64,000 nucleotides of DNA from Eledone cirrhosa (lineage: Eukaryota): NCBI GenBank assembly GCA_964016885.1, contig OZ024740.1, positions 144,646,001 through 144,710,000 on the forward strand, in the 5' to 3' direction. This document shows, piece by piece, positions 26,056 through 40,462 of the stretch. The position numbers and the translations under genes are program-made. Positions within the stretch are counted from its first letter, which is position 1. Every line of letters begins with the position of its first letter. The notes under the pieces are model-generated. The model was not told the DNA's origin, searched no databases, and worked only from the letters and a program-made list of their open reading frames with translations.

Positions 26056-26949
26056 TGAAAGTACTGTAGCTAGAGTCAGAACTGGTTGGAAAAAGTTCAG
26101 AGAGCTTATACCACTATTAGCTGCTAAAGGGTTCTCCCTAAAAATGAAAGGCAGGTTGTACGATGCCTGCATACGAACAGCAATGTTGCATGGTAGTGAG
26201 ACCTGGGCATTGTGTGCAGAGGATATACGCAGACTAGAGAGGAACGAAGCTTGCATGCTCCGCTGGATGTGTAACAGTAATATACGTGAACGGCAAAGCA
26301 TAAACGAACTAAGGAAAAAATTAGAGATAAGAGGGATCAGATGTTGTTTACTCGAGAGAAGGCTGCGTTGGTATGGACACGTGATGCGCATGAAAGTCGA
26401 TAGCTGTATAACAAAGTGCAGGGCAATAAAGATAGACGGTAGCCACGGAATAGGCAGACCTAGAAAAACATGAGATGAGCTGATAAACTCCGACCTCACA
26501 CACTTACACCTCTCCAAGACAATGTCACTGGACCGAGACCTTTGGCGGTACTCAGTAACAGAGAAGACCCGCCTTGCCAGTAGGCATCTCTAACAAAATA
26601 CACCCCGTCCCGCCACCACCCCCACCCCATCCACACCACCCCGTTCTATGTAAAGTTATGTTGGTGCCGCGCCATCCAGGCCGAAACAAATGAGATCGTG
26701 TAGGTGTCACGACAAAAAAACACACAGTCCACGCTGTAATGTGGCCGTGTAGGCAACACGGTAAAAACCTCCCAGACCCACACTGTAAATGTGGTTGCTG
26801 TTAGGAAGGGCATCCAACTGTAGAAAACCTGCCAGACAGTCCTATGCGAGCAAGACAATCACTCTTGCCTCAAGTGGGACTACCCCCGTCCAAACCCATG
26901 CAAGCGTGGAACACGGACGTTAAACGTTGATGATGGTGATGATGATGAT
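26056..26949 (+). mobile_element. RTE-PHD LINE 3' fragment
   Basis: Near-identical to 6846-7762; one nonsense change (TGG to TGA). Confidence 0.95.
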
Positions 26950-27082
26950 CTCTAACAAATGCTTATTTCTATGATCCTATAGTCTGAAATAACCAAAGGT
27001 TTACTACATTATGACTTTTTTTATGTGAAGATGAAGAGTTATTTTTTTAAATATACAAAATAGGGAATATTAATTAGAAAGA

Positions 27083-27270
27083 TGTGGATTGGCAGTATCA
27101 GTAGAGGGTCGGACACCATGCTTTGTAGCACAGTTACGTCCCTTTACGGACTGAGTTCAAATCCCGCCGAGGTTAACTTTGCCTTTCATCCTTACAGGGT
27201 CAATAAAGTGAAGTACCAGTAATACACTGGGATAATTGCTGGCCTTGTGCCAAAAAGTAGAAACAATTAA
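27083..27270 (+). mobile_element. Full-length tRNA-derived SINE (core resembles the Meta-SINE domain)
   Basis: A-box tggcagtatcagt, B-box gagttcaaatcc, core gcctttcatccttac.gggtc.ataaa..agtaccag; inverted copy at 37425-37614. Confidence 0.8.
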
Positions 27271-27859
27271 TTAGAAAGAAGTACATTTATAATGATATAT
27301 CCATCATTAATAAGCAAGTTTTTACCTTTTCAAATAGAATATATGAAAGCAATGTGGTACGTGTGTCAACATTGAATATATAATCACAAGAATACTTGGA
27401 GATTAGCAGTAGTCGTTTTTAGGGAATGTAGAAGTAAACAATTAGATATATTACTTCTCCTTGAGGAGGGAAAATATTTAATATTTGAAACAGTTTCATA
27501 TCTGAGTTTCATTTCCTCTAAAATTCTAAAAACACCATTTCTCTCACAACCACTATTAAAAATATATTACTTTGTCTATTCTCACCTTTCTGTGATATTG
27601 TTGTAGTTGGGAATAAGGACTTTTAACTACTGTTATAAATTAGAAGACAAGAGAAGGGTATGTTACATTTATTTTAGCTCACAAAAGCAGTAAACTTTAG
27701 GTAGCATTAATTCAGCAAATATTATCAAGGCAGTTTGTATTAATGATATTTTGGACATAACATTACAAGAAAAACTGATAAGTAATAACTAAATTAGGAT
27801 GAATCAATTTAATAACGGAAAAGAAGTATGAGCATTAGTCAAATTGGCATTTTTTTTAA

Positions 27860-29668
27860 CATTATAATAAATGATATTTTATTCAGAATTGTATAAATAA
27901 CATTACATATTATTTATAATTCTTAGAGAATAAAAATAGACACAAATAATATATACAATACTTAACAAATATATCAGATTAAATCAATTCACCACCAAGT
28001 GTGACAATTGGCCGCACATCATGAGGGTCAATGGAATATTTTGAGGCAAGCTAACATGCTTGCAACATAACCATGGGTGATGGTGTGGCTAAGGCGCTGA
28101 AACAACAAGGAACCCTCACAGGCATCACCCGACACCTCAGTAAGGGAGCCGCCAGCGATGACAAGAACTTCACTGTCAGCGGCTCCACATTTCCGAATTT
28201 TGTTCCATTCGGCAATGGCAGCAGTGACTCCTACATTTACCATGACATGGGAGGGAGCAAAATAGTCACTGACTGTGGTGTCCCAGATGAGACACCTACC
28301 CAGGGACAAATGGTAAGGTTGTCTGGGCTCTTCCAATCCCTTCTGGATAATCCAGCCAGCTCCAGAATCGAGGGGATATTTACCCGAGCCAGGGCTCATT
28401 TAATGATCAGGTTTAGCTCGGTGTGGTGAGTGAAATGACCAGCATTCAGGTGGCAGGACAAACCATGTAGGCCTGTGGAGTTGAGGGACCTACCGCAGCG
28501 ACATCTCAGACCCCCCACAGACAACAGCTTCCACTCAAGTGCAATGGAGATGCGGATTTCGTTCTGACTGAGAAGGCCAACAATGTTGACCACAGGCGGT
28601 CATCAATCCAGTCCCCCTGAGAACTTTGCACTTGCAGAAAGTAAGCAAAACCTAGAAAATTGATTGGAATGATTAAAGAGAGATTTAAAAGTTTCCCTTA
28701 AATGCAGATTGTTGCATACTCTCTGCTTCTGTCTATCCTCATCAGTAACAGGAACTGACAAACACAGCTCTCTCCACTGTAGTAAAGCTTCATTCATGTT
28801 CCTGGTGTATCTAGTCCATGTTGGAAAGGAGAGGACGTTACCCACCAAAGGGGAACAAGTGTGGATAGAGGAAAGAAAGCCAGATAGAAACAAAGATGTG
28901 CATTTGCGCAGACCGAGACCTCCAAACTGTTTGGGCAAGGCAGCTTAGTCACAAACTTTGGAGAGAGTCAAACATTGACCAAACCTTCGAACTCACTGAA
29001 TATTAAGTCGTCAAAGTGTTGTAGAGATGATGAGAATTTGTAAGAGGGACTAACTCTGAGGAAATACAACAGCTTAGGGATTGACAAATAATTCCCAAGT
29101 ATAAAAAATCCTTGGTGAGGCTCAATAATGTTGAGATTTTTAAAAAGTTGCTCAAGGTTAGCCAACTTAGATCAAAAGATGGACTCGAAAGCTTGGTCAG
29201 TAATTGGGGCTCCAAGGAAGCACCATGTTGATGAGGGAGGAACCGTGATAGAGGGGAAGGACTCTGTGAACAGGTCAACAGTCTGCTGATGTAAAGCTGG
29301 TGGTTGAGGAGCCCGAGCTCATATTTTGAACTGTTGATGGGAAGGCCCCTATGACCCAGTTCCTGAATCATCGTCTTCGCGGCTGCAAGGACCTTGTCTG
29401 GAGAACCCCCAAATAAGCATCATCCAGATACCAGACATTCAGATCTAGGTCAGCTCCCATCTCGGTGATGTCATCAATGCCCAGTGCAAAAAGAGCAGGT
29501 CTGAGCGGGTCACCCTGTTAGACTCCTGTGGCAGATAGGAGGAAATGGTTGCCAAAGGAGGAGGGCCCTAATAGGCTTGCCAAGGAAAGTGGTAAAGCTG
29601 CGGTGTCCTCTCCTTTACTGAATGGAGGATGATATCCTGACTAATGGAATTGAAAGCATTTAGAATGA
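27860..29668 (-). mobile_element. CRE-clade non-LTR retrotransposon, decayed (RT plus restriction-like endonuclease)
   Basis: QGDPL, WYLDDA, GGLGLR, CRCG..GLHGLSC, WDTTVSD, FQRLS on minus strand; stops and frameshifts. Confidence 0.88.
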
Positions 29669-29999
29669 GTTTTGTAGTAGAGACTAAATATCAAACCATC
29701 ATCCATTGTAGAAGCTGACTCAAATGCATGTGCTCCTTCTAAACAAAAGTCATTGAATAATATTCCTAGTGCCGTGAGATATATCTAAAACATTAAGATG
29801 AACTAGTTAAACTGAATCATGTGTCAAGATAAGAAATGTGATACAAAATATAAAATGTTAAATTTGAAGGCTTTTGGTTTCTGCAGATGGATAGAATTCC
29901 TATCACTACCCACTTTACAGAGTGTACTGGGTGTATTCTTCACAGCACCAGCACTAGAATTACACACAAGCAATTTCAAATGTTCTTGCTGAGAATTTT

Positions 30000-30430
30000 G
30001 TCTTATATCAGTCAGCCATTAGGGATGAGAATTAATAACTATCCACATTATGGCAACAGTTGTTTCAATACAATGACTTTCAATAAACTTATCTGCACAA
30101 CAAAATACAGAAGAAATATTTCAAATAAAGAGATAGATATTAGGATACTTTTTGATGTTCTCCACTTATAAAATTGCCAGACCCTAGAACTGGAAACCAA
30201 TACAAATAATAACATTTAGAATATCTTTCAAATCTTGGATTACAAATGGCATTCAATAATCCTAGAATTTATTTCAGAATTCAATTGATATGAACCTTCT
30301 TTTTAGAAACTGGTGAACTATACTCTCAAAGACAAGGTATTAAAAATAGGAACCAAATCACTTCATCTGTTATATCAAGTATTATGTCATATTGACCCTC
30401 ATGACTCTTTCCTTAGGCAAAGAGAATACT
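30000..30430 (+). mobile_element. Possible decayed Penelope-like RT remnant
   Basis: ILFDVLHLY and ELYSQRQGIKIG resemble RT motifs A and B; heavily degraded. Confidence 0.3.
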
Positions 30431-30659
30431 GTTCTTCAGTTATTATTTTTAAGAAATCGTTATTATCAAAGCAATAATATTGAATATAGTAATACTTGCA
30501 GAAACACTATCGTCTGAGCAGTTTTCTATGAGTATGTATGAGTGGTGTGTGTACATATGCGTATTTTGCAATGTATACATAAATGTATGAAAAAGTAAAA
30601 CTGCATTTTTTACATATGAATTATATAAACTCACACCAACATATCTGATTTTGCAGTTT

Positions 30660-32215
30660 CATCATCATCATTTAACGTCTATCTTCCACGCTAACATGGG
30701 TTTAGACGGGAATTGTCCCAATTGAGGCAAGATTGGTTGTCTTGCTCGTATAGGACTGTCTGGCAGGTTTTCTACGGCTGGATGCCCTTCCTAACACCAA
30801 CCACGTTTACAGTGTAGACTGGGAGGTTTTTACCGTGTTACCTACATGGCCATATTACAGCGTGGACTGTGTGTTTTTTTGTTGTGACACCTACACAACC
30901 TCATTTATTTAGGACTGGATGTTGTGGTTCCAACATAACTTTACAGAGAGGGGGGGGGGTATTTTTGGTTAAGAGGTGTCTACTGACTGTAGGTTTCGCT
31001 TTGTTCATAGGTAAGGCGGGTCTTCTGTATTACTGCGTAACGCCAAAGATCTCGGTCCAGTGACATTGTCTTGGAGAGGTGTAAGTGTGTAAGGTCGGAA
31101 TTTATCAAGTCGTCCCAGGTTTTTCTGGGTTTGCCTACTCCGTAGCTTCCATCAATTTTGATCGCCCTGCACTTTTTTATAGAGCTGTCGTATTTCATGC
31201 ACATCACGTGACCATACCAACATAGTCTTCTCTCGAGTAAATAGCATCTGATCCCTTTTATTCCTAATTTCTCACTTAATTCATTTATGCTTTGCTGGTC
31301 ACGTATATTACTATTACACATCCAACGGAGCATGCAAGCTTCGTTCCTCTCCAGTCTGCACAGATCCTCTGCACACAATGCCTATGTCTCACTGCCATGT
31401 AACATTGCTGCTCGTATGCAGGCATCATACAGCCTGCCTTTCATTTTTAGAGAGAAACCTTTAGTGGCCAATAGTGGTATAAGCTCTTTGAACTTTTTCC
31501 ATCCCGTTCTGACTCTGGCTACTGTACTTTCAGAGCACCCTCCACCACTGCTGATTTTGTTACCTAGGTAACGGAAGGTGTCCACTATTGCTATAGAACC
31601 ATCTGGGCAATGGAAGGAGCTAGTATCCTGTGGGCACTTGCTGCTACTTATTGCACCTGAGCACCGGCCGCATATAAAATCTATGTTCTTAGTTAGCTTA
31701 CCTGTGGTCCCACTACATCTTTTATGCACCCATACTTTGCATTTGGAACATAAAATGGAGTTTCTGCCTACTCCTTTCCTATACACTGAGCATGGCCGTT
31801 TCCCAGAGGGGACCAGTGCCCTATTTTGCCTCCTACATACTAGAACTTTAGTCTTAGACAAGTTAACTTTAAGGCCTTTTGATTCTAGAGGCCATGCTTC
31901 CATGTTTGGAATTTCTTCTCTAGTTCAGCCATCGATTCAGCTATGAGTGTTAGATCATTTGCATACAGAAGTTCCCATGGGCAGCCGGTCTTGAACTCCT
32001 CTGTTATAGCCTGAAGGGCAATAATAAATAGGAGGGGGCTGAGGACAGAGCCCTGATGAACACCAACTTTTACGCTAAATTCTTCACTATATTCGTTGTT
32101 AATTCTAACCTTGCTGACTGTTTCTTTATACATGGTTTGTATAGCTCTCACAAGCCATTCATCAACACCTAGTTTTCTAAGAGCCCACCAGATAATGGAT
32201 CGGGGGACTCTGTCA
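30660..32215 (-). mobile_element. RTE-PHD LINE, 5'-truncated
   Basis: ORFs 31885-32151, 31382-31903, 30980-31378; 3' UTR and tail. Confidence 0.95.
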
Positions 32216-32829
32216 TGTTTATTTAATCAAAAACAAAAATATTTATTCTCGACAAAATGGTTACTCTAACATGATTAAACAGTGATCGAATATGCTTCAT
32301 CTCCAGACATGATCAGCATATGCATGGTTAAAAGAGCCCAACATGGCATATATGATGAGGTTGTGAACTGGTATTGACTTTCAAATATAACAGGTTTATT
32401 TTCTATTGATTCACAGATTCGGAGGGTTCTGTGTAGTGAATTATGTATACTATAAATATAAAACTATTTTCACAGCATGTGAATGATACAAACTTGCATC
32501 AACATATTTGATCTTGTGATTCGTTTAATTTAATACATAAGTACAATAAATACATTCATTGTAATTATTGATGGTGTGGGTAAACAATATCATTATCAAT
32601 GTCGTTACCGTGGTGATTGTCATCATTTTTACATTCACTTTTCCCTTGCAGGGAAAGCAGACATTAAATGATGATGATGATGATATATGTACATATATAT
32701 AGAAAATAGGAAAAAGTATACTACCCTAAGTATTGAGTACTCGGGTGCGCTATGGTCCATCTGGTTCTTTACCACAATTCCTTTGTTATATAAATATAGA
32801 TATATATATAGGTGTGTATATATATATAT

Positions 32830-35708
32830 CTGTAACACAAACTTCAAAAAACGAGACAATCACTTGATCACCTATAGATCAGGGGAACACGCCAGTCAGA
32901 TAGATTATATCCTTACCAAAAGACGTGACAGAGTGTCTGTTGTAAACACTAAATCCCTCCCCCATGAAGAATGCACTTCCCAACATAGACTGATAATTAG
33001 CGACCTCATAGTCAGGACGAGACGTACTCGACAGCAGAAGAGGACTATCCTCAGGAGGAAAATATGGAAATAAAGGACCCCACAGCCAGTAACAAATTTA
33101 AAAGCATATTACTTGATGCTTTTAACAGTAAGGAAGAGCAATTAGAGATGTACAATATAGAGGAACAGTGGGATTTCCTGAAAGTTAACTTGCTGAAGGC
33201 GACAGATGAAATCTGTGGCTGGAGCAGACCTATAGGCAGGAGGAGAGTAACTTGGTGGTGGAGTCAATCAAGGCCAAAAAGCAGGCTTGGAAAATATGGC
33301 GGGATGGGGGAAGTAGAGAACACTATCAAGTGGCCAGGAGGGAAGCTAGGAGACAAGTGTACTTTGCAAGAAGGGAAGCAGAGGAAAGAAAGTTCAAGCA
33401 TGTTCAACAACGCGAGGACCAAAAACGTAAGGTGCTCAGGATTGCTAGACAATGTGTCAAGGAAAACTGTGATATTGTCAGGGAGAAGTGTGTCCGTAAT
33501 GATGATGGTGTACTTGCCATCACTAACGCTGATAAGAAGATAGCTTGGAAGTGTCACTACGAGAGGCTACTAAATGAGGAGAATAAATGGGAAAAAGATA
33601 GTCTGCCCCACATCGATCCAATACAGGGACCAGCAGTGCAAATTGAAGGTAGTATAATAAGTAAGGCAATCAAAGATATGAAGACAGGCAAGGCAGCTGG
33701 GCCTTCGGAGATAGTTGCTGAAATGCTGAAAGCATCTGGAATAGTAGGACACACTATGGTCACTCGGATAGTAAACCAAGTCATACAGAACAGGGTCATA
33801 CCAAATGACTGGCGTAGCAGCAGCATCATTAACTGCTACAAGGGTAAAGGAGATGCCTTAGACAGGGGAAACTATAGAGGCATTAAATTAATAGACCATG
33901 TATGAAGGTCACAGAAAAAGTTATAGCACAACTAATCAGAGAGCCAATTGATCTGCACAAAATGCTGTTTGGGTTTGTGTCAGGTAAAAGTACCACAGAC
34001 GCCCTTTTCCTTGTACGACAACTACAGGAGAAGTACTTAGCTAAAAGTAAACCCCTATACTTAGCTTTTGTTGACTTGGAGAAAGCATTTGACAGAGTCC
34101 TCCGCGCCATTATCTGGTGGGCTCTTAGAAAACTAGGGGTTGATGAATGGCTTGTATAGCTTTCACAAGCCATGTATAAAGAAACAGTCAGCAAGGTTAG
34201 AATTAACAACGAATATAGTGAAGAATTTAGTGTAAAAGTTGGTGTTCATCAGGACTCTGTCCTTAGCCCTGTCCTATTTATTATTGCCCTTCAGGCTATA
34301 ACAGAGGAGTTCAAGACCGGCTGCCCATGGGAACTTCTGTATGCAGATGATCTAACGCTCATAGCTGAATCAATGACTGAACTAGAGAAGAAATTCCAAA
34401 CATGGAAGCATGGCCTAGAATCAAAAGGCCTTAAAGTTAATTTGTCTAAGACTAAAGTTCTAGTATGTAGGAAGGAAAATAGGGCACAGGTCCCCTCTGG
34501 GAAATGGCCATGCTCAGTGTGTTGGAAAGGAATAGGCAGAAATTCCATTTTATGTCCCAAATGCAAAGTATGGGTGCATAAAAGATGTAGTGGGACCACA
34601 GGTAAGCTATCTAAGAACATAGATTTTATATGTGGCCGGTGCTTAGGTGCAATAAGTAGCAAGTGCCCACAGGATACTAGCTCCTTCCATTGCCCAGATG
34701 GTTCTATAGAAATAGTGGACACCTTCCGTTACCTAGGTAACAAAATCAGCAGTGGTGGAGGGTGCTCAGAAAGTACAGTAGCCAGAGTCAGAACGGGATG
34801 GAAAAAGTTCAGAGAGCTTATTCCACTATTGGCCGCTAAAGGTTTCTCTCTAAAAATGAAACGCAGACTGTATGATGCCTGCATACAAACAGCAATGTTA
34901 TATGGCAGTGAGACATGGGCATTGTGTGCAGAGGATCTGCGCAGAGTGGAGAAGAACGAAGCATGTATGCTCCGCTGGATGTGTAATAGTAATATACGTG
35001 AACAGCAAAGCATAAATGAACTAATTGAGAAATTAGGTATAAGAGGGATCAGATGCTGTTTTCTCGAGAGAAGACTACGTTGGTATGGTCACGTGCTGCG
35101 CATGAAAGATGACAGCTGTATAAAAAAGAGCAGGGCTATCAAAATTGACGGAAGTTATGGAGTAGGCAGACCCAGAAAAACCTGGGACGATTTGATAAAT
35201 TCCGACCTTACACACTTACACCTCTCTAAGACAATGTCTCTGGACCGAGATCTTTGGCGCTACACAGTAATACAGAAAACCCACCTTGTCTAAGTAAAAA
35301 GCGAAACCTACAGTTAGTAGGCACCCAGTAGGCACCTCTTAATCAAATATACACCCCCATCCTACTACCCCAATTCCCCCACCCCACCCCCATCAACACC
35401 ACCCCTTTCTCTGTAAAGTTATGTTGGTACCACAACATCCAGTCCTAAATAAATGAGGTTGTGTAGGTGTCACGACAAAAAACACACAGTCCACGCTGTA
35501 ATATGGCCGTGTAGGTAATACGGTAAAAACCTCCCAGTCCACACTGTAAACGTGGTTGGTGTTAGGAAGGTCATCCAGTCATAGAAAACCTGCCAGACAG
35601 TCCTATATGAGCGAGACGACCAATCTTGCCTCAAGTGGGACAATTTCCATTTAAACCCATGCTAGCGTGGAAGATAGACATTAAACAATGATGATGATGA
35701 TGATGATG
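32830..35708 (+). mobile_element. Longest RTE-PHD LINE copy (APE C-terminus, RT, PHD, 3' UTR), frameshifted
   Basis: CNTNFKK..SQIDYIL..SQHRLII (APE end); RT motifs; ORF 34172-35293; (GAT)n tail. Confidence 0.96.
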
Positions 35709-35750
35709 ATATATATAGATAGATAGATAGATAGGTGGATATAGATATAT

Positions 35751-36909
35751 ACTAGCAGAATGGCCCGGCGTTGCTCGGTCGGGATTTGCTCTAGGGTTCT
35801 TATATATTTGATATATATTTATCCTTATCGAGCCTCGTGAAATAAATATGTTTATTTATATTTTGTTATTGTGTATTCAAAAATATCTGTACACGAATAT
35901 ATAATTATATATATATATATTAAAATAACAGATTAAAGTTTAAGCAAAGAATCGCTGCTTTCTCCCTTAACGGGATCTTCTGAAACTAAAAAAATTCTAT
36001 CTGTGAAAGCAGAAGTAAATATTTCGAAAAACGCTACACACTATATATATATATACACACACTATATATATATACATATATACACACACACATATAGCGT
36101 CATAATGTCGTAATGCAGACAGCCAGACATACAGACAGATATTATAAAGGCGCAATGTTATATCTATGTATCTATCTAAAAAGAAAGACTAAGAATTATA
36201 GAGAGAGATCGCTAAATCGCCTAATGCGGTCCCTAGGGCATAGAAAATTTGAAATTTGTTTTGCTCAAAACACTCACAGGACCATAATTATTACATGTGT
36301 ATAGTTTGAAAACAATCAGTTAGGTGATTCTCGAGTTTTAGGGAGTCAAACAGACACATTCTCTGTTTTAGATATATAGACTAGCAGAAAACCACCCAGT
36401 GGGCGGTTTTCTGCTAGCAAATCTAGTGTATATACTGATATTGTTGAGATTTGGATGAGAAATGTTTTCGGCACCACATGTTCACCGTCTCTCGGTGTGT
36501 CTTTTATGCATGTATAAATATATATGTTATCTATACGGTGAAATCTTTGAAATAAATATATGTTAAAACGAAAAAGGAGAAAAAGAGATTAGTGACGAAA
36601 ATATAAACGTTATGATATAACGATGGAAATATATCTTCAAATGGTCCTTGGCATGGTGTCAAGTCAGAACCGCCTCGAACTGGTTACTTCTGGCTTGTGC
36701 AAGGTGTCTCTATAGCAACCAGCGATTCCCTTGGCCTCAGTGACCAAAGTCAGTGGAGAGGGGAAGGTAATGTTTCTATAGCGACAGTGTTTCTCTTGGT
36801 AGTACCAAAGTGGAGAAAGGAAGGGGAAGGTAATATTTCTGTAGCACCTACATTTGAGTTTTAGGGAAGGACAGACAGACAGACAAACAGAGAAATGCCC
36901 ATATATTTC

Positions 36910-36915
<6 letters not shown>
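35751..36915 (+). mobile_element. Two tandem Helentron/DINE-like non-autonomous elements
   Basis: Starts ACTAGCAGAA..cccggcgttgctcgg (35751) and ACTAGCAGAAAACC..GGTTTTCTGCTAG (36379); ends gagttttaggg..(acag)n; parts recur at ~53855-54240. Confidence 0.65.
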
Positions 36916-36958
<43 letters not shown>

Positions 36959-36986
36959 CACACACAGAAATGTATATATATTTCTC

Positions 36987-37025
<39 letters not shown>

Positions 37026-37303
37026 CACACACAGAAATGTATATATATTTCTGTGTGTATATATATATATATTACACACGCAGAAATGTATATATATTTC
37101 TGTATGTATATATATATATATTTCTCTGTGTGTATATATATATATATATATAACACACACAGAAATGTATATATATTTCTGTGTGTATATATATATATAT
37201 TACACACGCAGAAATGTATATATATTTCTGTATGTATATATATATATATTTCTGTGTGTGTATATATATATATATTACACACACAGAAATGTATATATAT
37301 TTC
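36900..37303. repeat. Minisatellite of palindromic units
   Basis: acacagaaat-gtatatat-atttctgtgt hairpin units separated by (TA)n. Confidence 0.9.
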
Positions 37304-37424
37304 TTAGAACAAAATTATTATTAATGTTTTGCTGTTCATAACAATTGGAATTGAAAAATTACTTTTGAAATTATTAGTTATTTTACTAATGCTTAGATAT
37401 GTAAAAATGAAGCAATGTTTCTAA

Positions 37425-37614
37425 TAATTGTTTCTACTTTTGGCACAAGGCCAGCAATTACCCAGTACATTGCTGGTACTTTATTTTATCGACCCCGTGA
37501 GGATGAAAGGCAAAGTTAACCTCGGCGGTATTTGAACTCAGACCGTAAAGGGACGTAACTCCATGTTATGAAGCATGGTGTCCGACTCTCTACAGATTCT
37601 GCCAATCCACCGCC
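37425..37614 (-). mobile_element. Full-length tRNA-derived SINE
   Basis: Reverse complement of 27083-27270 family. Confidence 0.82.
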
Positions 37615-38794
37615 CTAATGTCTGTACATAATGAGGGAGTGAGAGGGAAGAGAAAGAAAGGCAGAGGTGAAGTGACGAAGTGACTCTCTCCTCCTCCTCC
37701 TCCATCTCCCATTCGTCACAGCGATAGGGGGGAGAAATGTTAGTGTGTTACAAAGAGAAAGAGTGAGAGTGAGAGAAACAGACAGACTAAAAGAGAGGGA
37801 TAGCTGGAGAGAGAGAGATGATGATGATAATAATAGATATATCATTGAAAAGCTTTCTGTTTTTGTTTCTACAATATCAATAACTACTGCTTTTTATATA
37901 TATTTAGTGGCTGTAACACATATTTAAATGATTAAATGCAACAGATGTTATTTATTGAAGTTCTTTTCTGTTCAACATTGACCTAAATATAACACAACAG
38001 TGACAACAAAATATTCATCATCATCATCATTTCAATAAAATGGAAATGTCCTTCAATGACCGAACAACCTATTAAGAGTAAAATTAAATTTTCCTTATCG
38101 TATCTGTATGTATCAGTATATCTAATAAATCTATTTTAAATATTGATCTTTTTTTAAGTTTGTCTTCCAACAAAGAAACATTGAATTTACTGCAGCTTTC
38201 TACAATTTTCAATTTTTTTTTTCCATTTACAATTCTACCTAATTTGTCTGGGCTAGAAAGTGGAAAGCTGTCTTGCAGATTTGTCAATATGACATAAGCA
38301 TAGAAACATACAGGATACAGCTAGCAGTTAGTTATGAAAATAATGAGATTTGTGTTCACATATTTTGACTTAAAGTTCTCAAAGTGTAGATGTAATATAA
38401 GCAGGATGTGTATATTATATGCATTATTATCGCTTAAATATTGTTTTAATTAATTTTATAAAAATATTTCTCATTTTATTGACATGTATTTTTTTTTTGT
38501 GCCACTCTTCTAACCGCTCAACCAGAAAATGGAAATAAATTTTATACATCATCTGCAAAAAAACAAGTTACTGTTAATTATGCAATGGGGAAAAAATATT
38601 AGTCAATGATTTTCATTACTCCAGCTAGTATGAAGCTTCAGATGTGTTTTGGTTTTATTATGGCCCCATCAATGAATCCATATTGTTCATTGTACTTTTC
38701 AAAGTAGTGATATAAGAATCACTATGTAAATGAACAAGACTCTTATTGTGAATTGTGTATAAAAATAGATTTACAGAATAAATACTGTATTTCA

Positions 38795-39435
38795 TTATCA
38801 TCATCGCCATCATTTTTATGTTCACCTTTCCATGCTTGCATGGGTTGGATGAGTCTTCTCCAGCACAGGTTCCCTCTACCTGTTGTGTTCCGTCATCATC
38901 TCTGTGAAGGTCAGCTCTCACCACTTTTGTCCGAGTCTTCCTCATCCACAGTCACCTTCTACTTTGAGCTTCTCACATTTTTTCAACTAACGAGTACTCA
39001 CCAGCACGTTGCCTCTGAAGCCTTTTATGTCCAGTTTTTCCTTCAATTTATATATACTTAGTCATTCATGCACATCCAGCAGAGCATGCTATGCTCAATT
39101 CTTTCTAATATTCACATATTTCCCACATCACACTTTGTACACAGGTATCATATAATCTACCCTATATTGTTGCCAGCAATGACACCAGCTCCCTGGACTT
39201 TTCCACTTTGTTTTATTTCTGGATACTATATTTTTGAGGTAGTCTCCTCTACTGATAATTAAGTCATTTAGGTAACAGAGATTATCAATTACTTTTAAGG
39301 AGTTTTTTAAGTGTATCTTTCAACGATGCTCTTACTACTAATAATCCCTGTGCATTTGCCACACACAAATTTACATGGGTGCACTGTATGAACTTTCTAT
39401 CCATTCTTTTTCTGGAAAGCACAGCCATTTTCATA
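38795..39435 (-). mobile_element. Old decayed RTE-PHD fragment
   Basis: Family 3' end plus remnants FVCGKCTGIISS and DNLCYL. Confidence 0.65.
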
Positions 39436-39777
39436 TTGTGTGATATATGCTTTTCAAGATTTTTAAGCCTAAAAATTAAAAGTGCATTTTATGCATAAGA
39501 AATAAATATTACCATTTTTTTCTCAGTTACAAATAACAAGACAGCATGACCAAAAATAAATTATAACTATTGTCCAAGCTAACTTATATTTTATAATTAT
39601 ACCTATACTGAATATTGTATTAATCAAGGCTGTTTCCTACTTTATCAACACAACAAAATAATTCAGAATTAAAATGTAAAACTGAAACAGAAAAATAAAT
39701 TATATTTAGTTTCTGTTTATACACTGGTGGGTACCTTAGTTTGTGTATATACACTACTACAAGAATATCTATTATAT

Positions 39778-40460
39778 TTCAAGAGAGCTTTGGCCCGGGC
39801 GAACATCCCCTCAATCTTAGACCCATCTGGGTTGTCCAGAAGTGACGGCAAAAGACCTGACGGCCTTACCCTATACCCCTGGTCGAGAGGCAGGTGCCTT
39901 GTCTGGGACGTCACTGTTAGTGACTCTTTTGCTTCTTCCCACATCCTGGATGCTGCGGTTAGGATGAGAGCCACAGCTTCCGCATCCGAACGGAGTAAGA
40001 CCCTCAAATACTCTGATCTGTCGGTCAGCTACATTTTTCAGCCTGTGGCTTTCGAGACGTTTGGGGGAGTCGGGCAGCTGACTACGAGGTTCCTCTCTTC
40101 ACTGGCGGCTCGCCTAATAGAGGTAACTGGCGAATCTCACGAGGGCGCTTGGTTGTTCCAGCGCATTAGCCTCGCCATCACCCGAGGCAACGCTGCGAGT
40201 GTGCTGGGTTGCCTCAAAAGTCATTAGAGAGGTTGCCCAAGTACCCCTCGCTGTCTTTTGCTCTGGTGTTGGCTCGGTTGTTCACCTCTCCCTTTACATT
40301 TTCTTTAATATTGTAACATTAAAAGAATATATCTTTCTGAAAGAATCGCGAGCAATTTATAATGTTATCTAAGCATTTGTAATGTTATTTATGTATATAT
40401 TTAAAACATATTTGTTATGTTATTCTACTGTAAATTTATTTATATGCTCTGTTTATATTT
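39778..40460 (+). mobile_element. CRE-clade retrotransposon 3' fragment (endonuclease plus 3' UTR), better preserved
   Basis: RSDGKRPDGLTLYPWSRGRCLVWDVTVSD..KY..FQPVAFETFG..FQRISLAITRGNA. Confidence 0.9.
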
Positions 40461-40462
40461 TC

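Noticed and set aside
27083-27170. tRNA gene
   Set aside because: A and B boxes without a full cloverleaf; continues into SINE core and tail and is multicopy.
36664-37341. YIYI/CVCV-rich ORFs (also ~13166-13519 and ~57238-57451)
   Set aside because: Translations of dinucleotide microsatellites.
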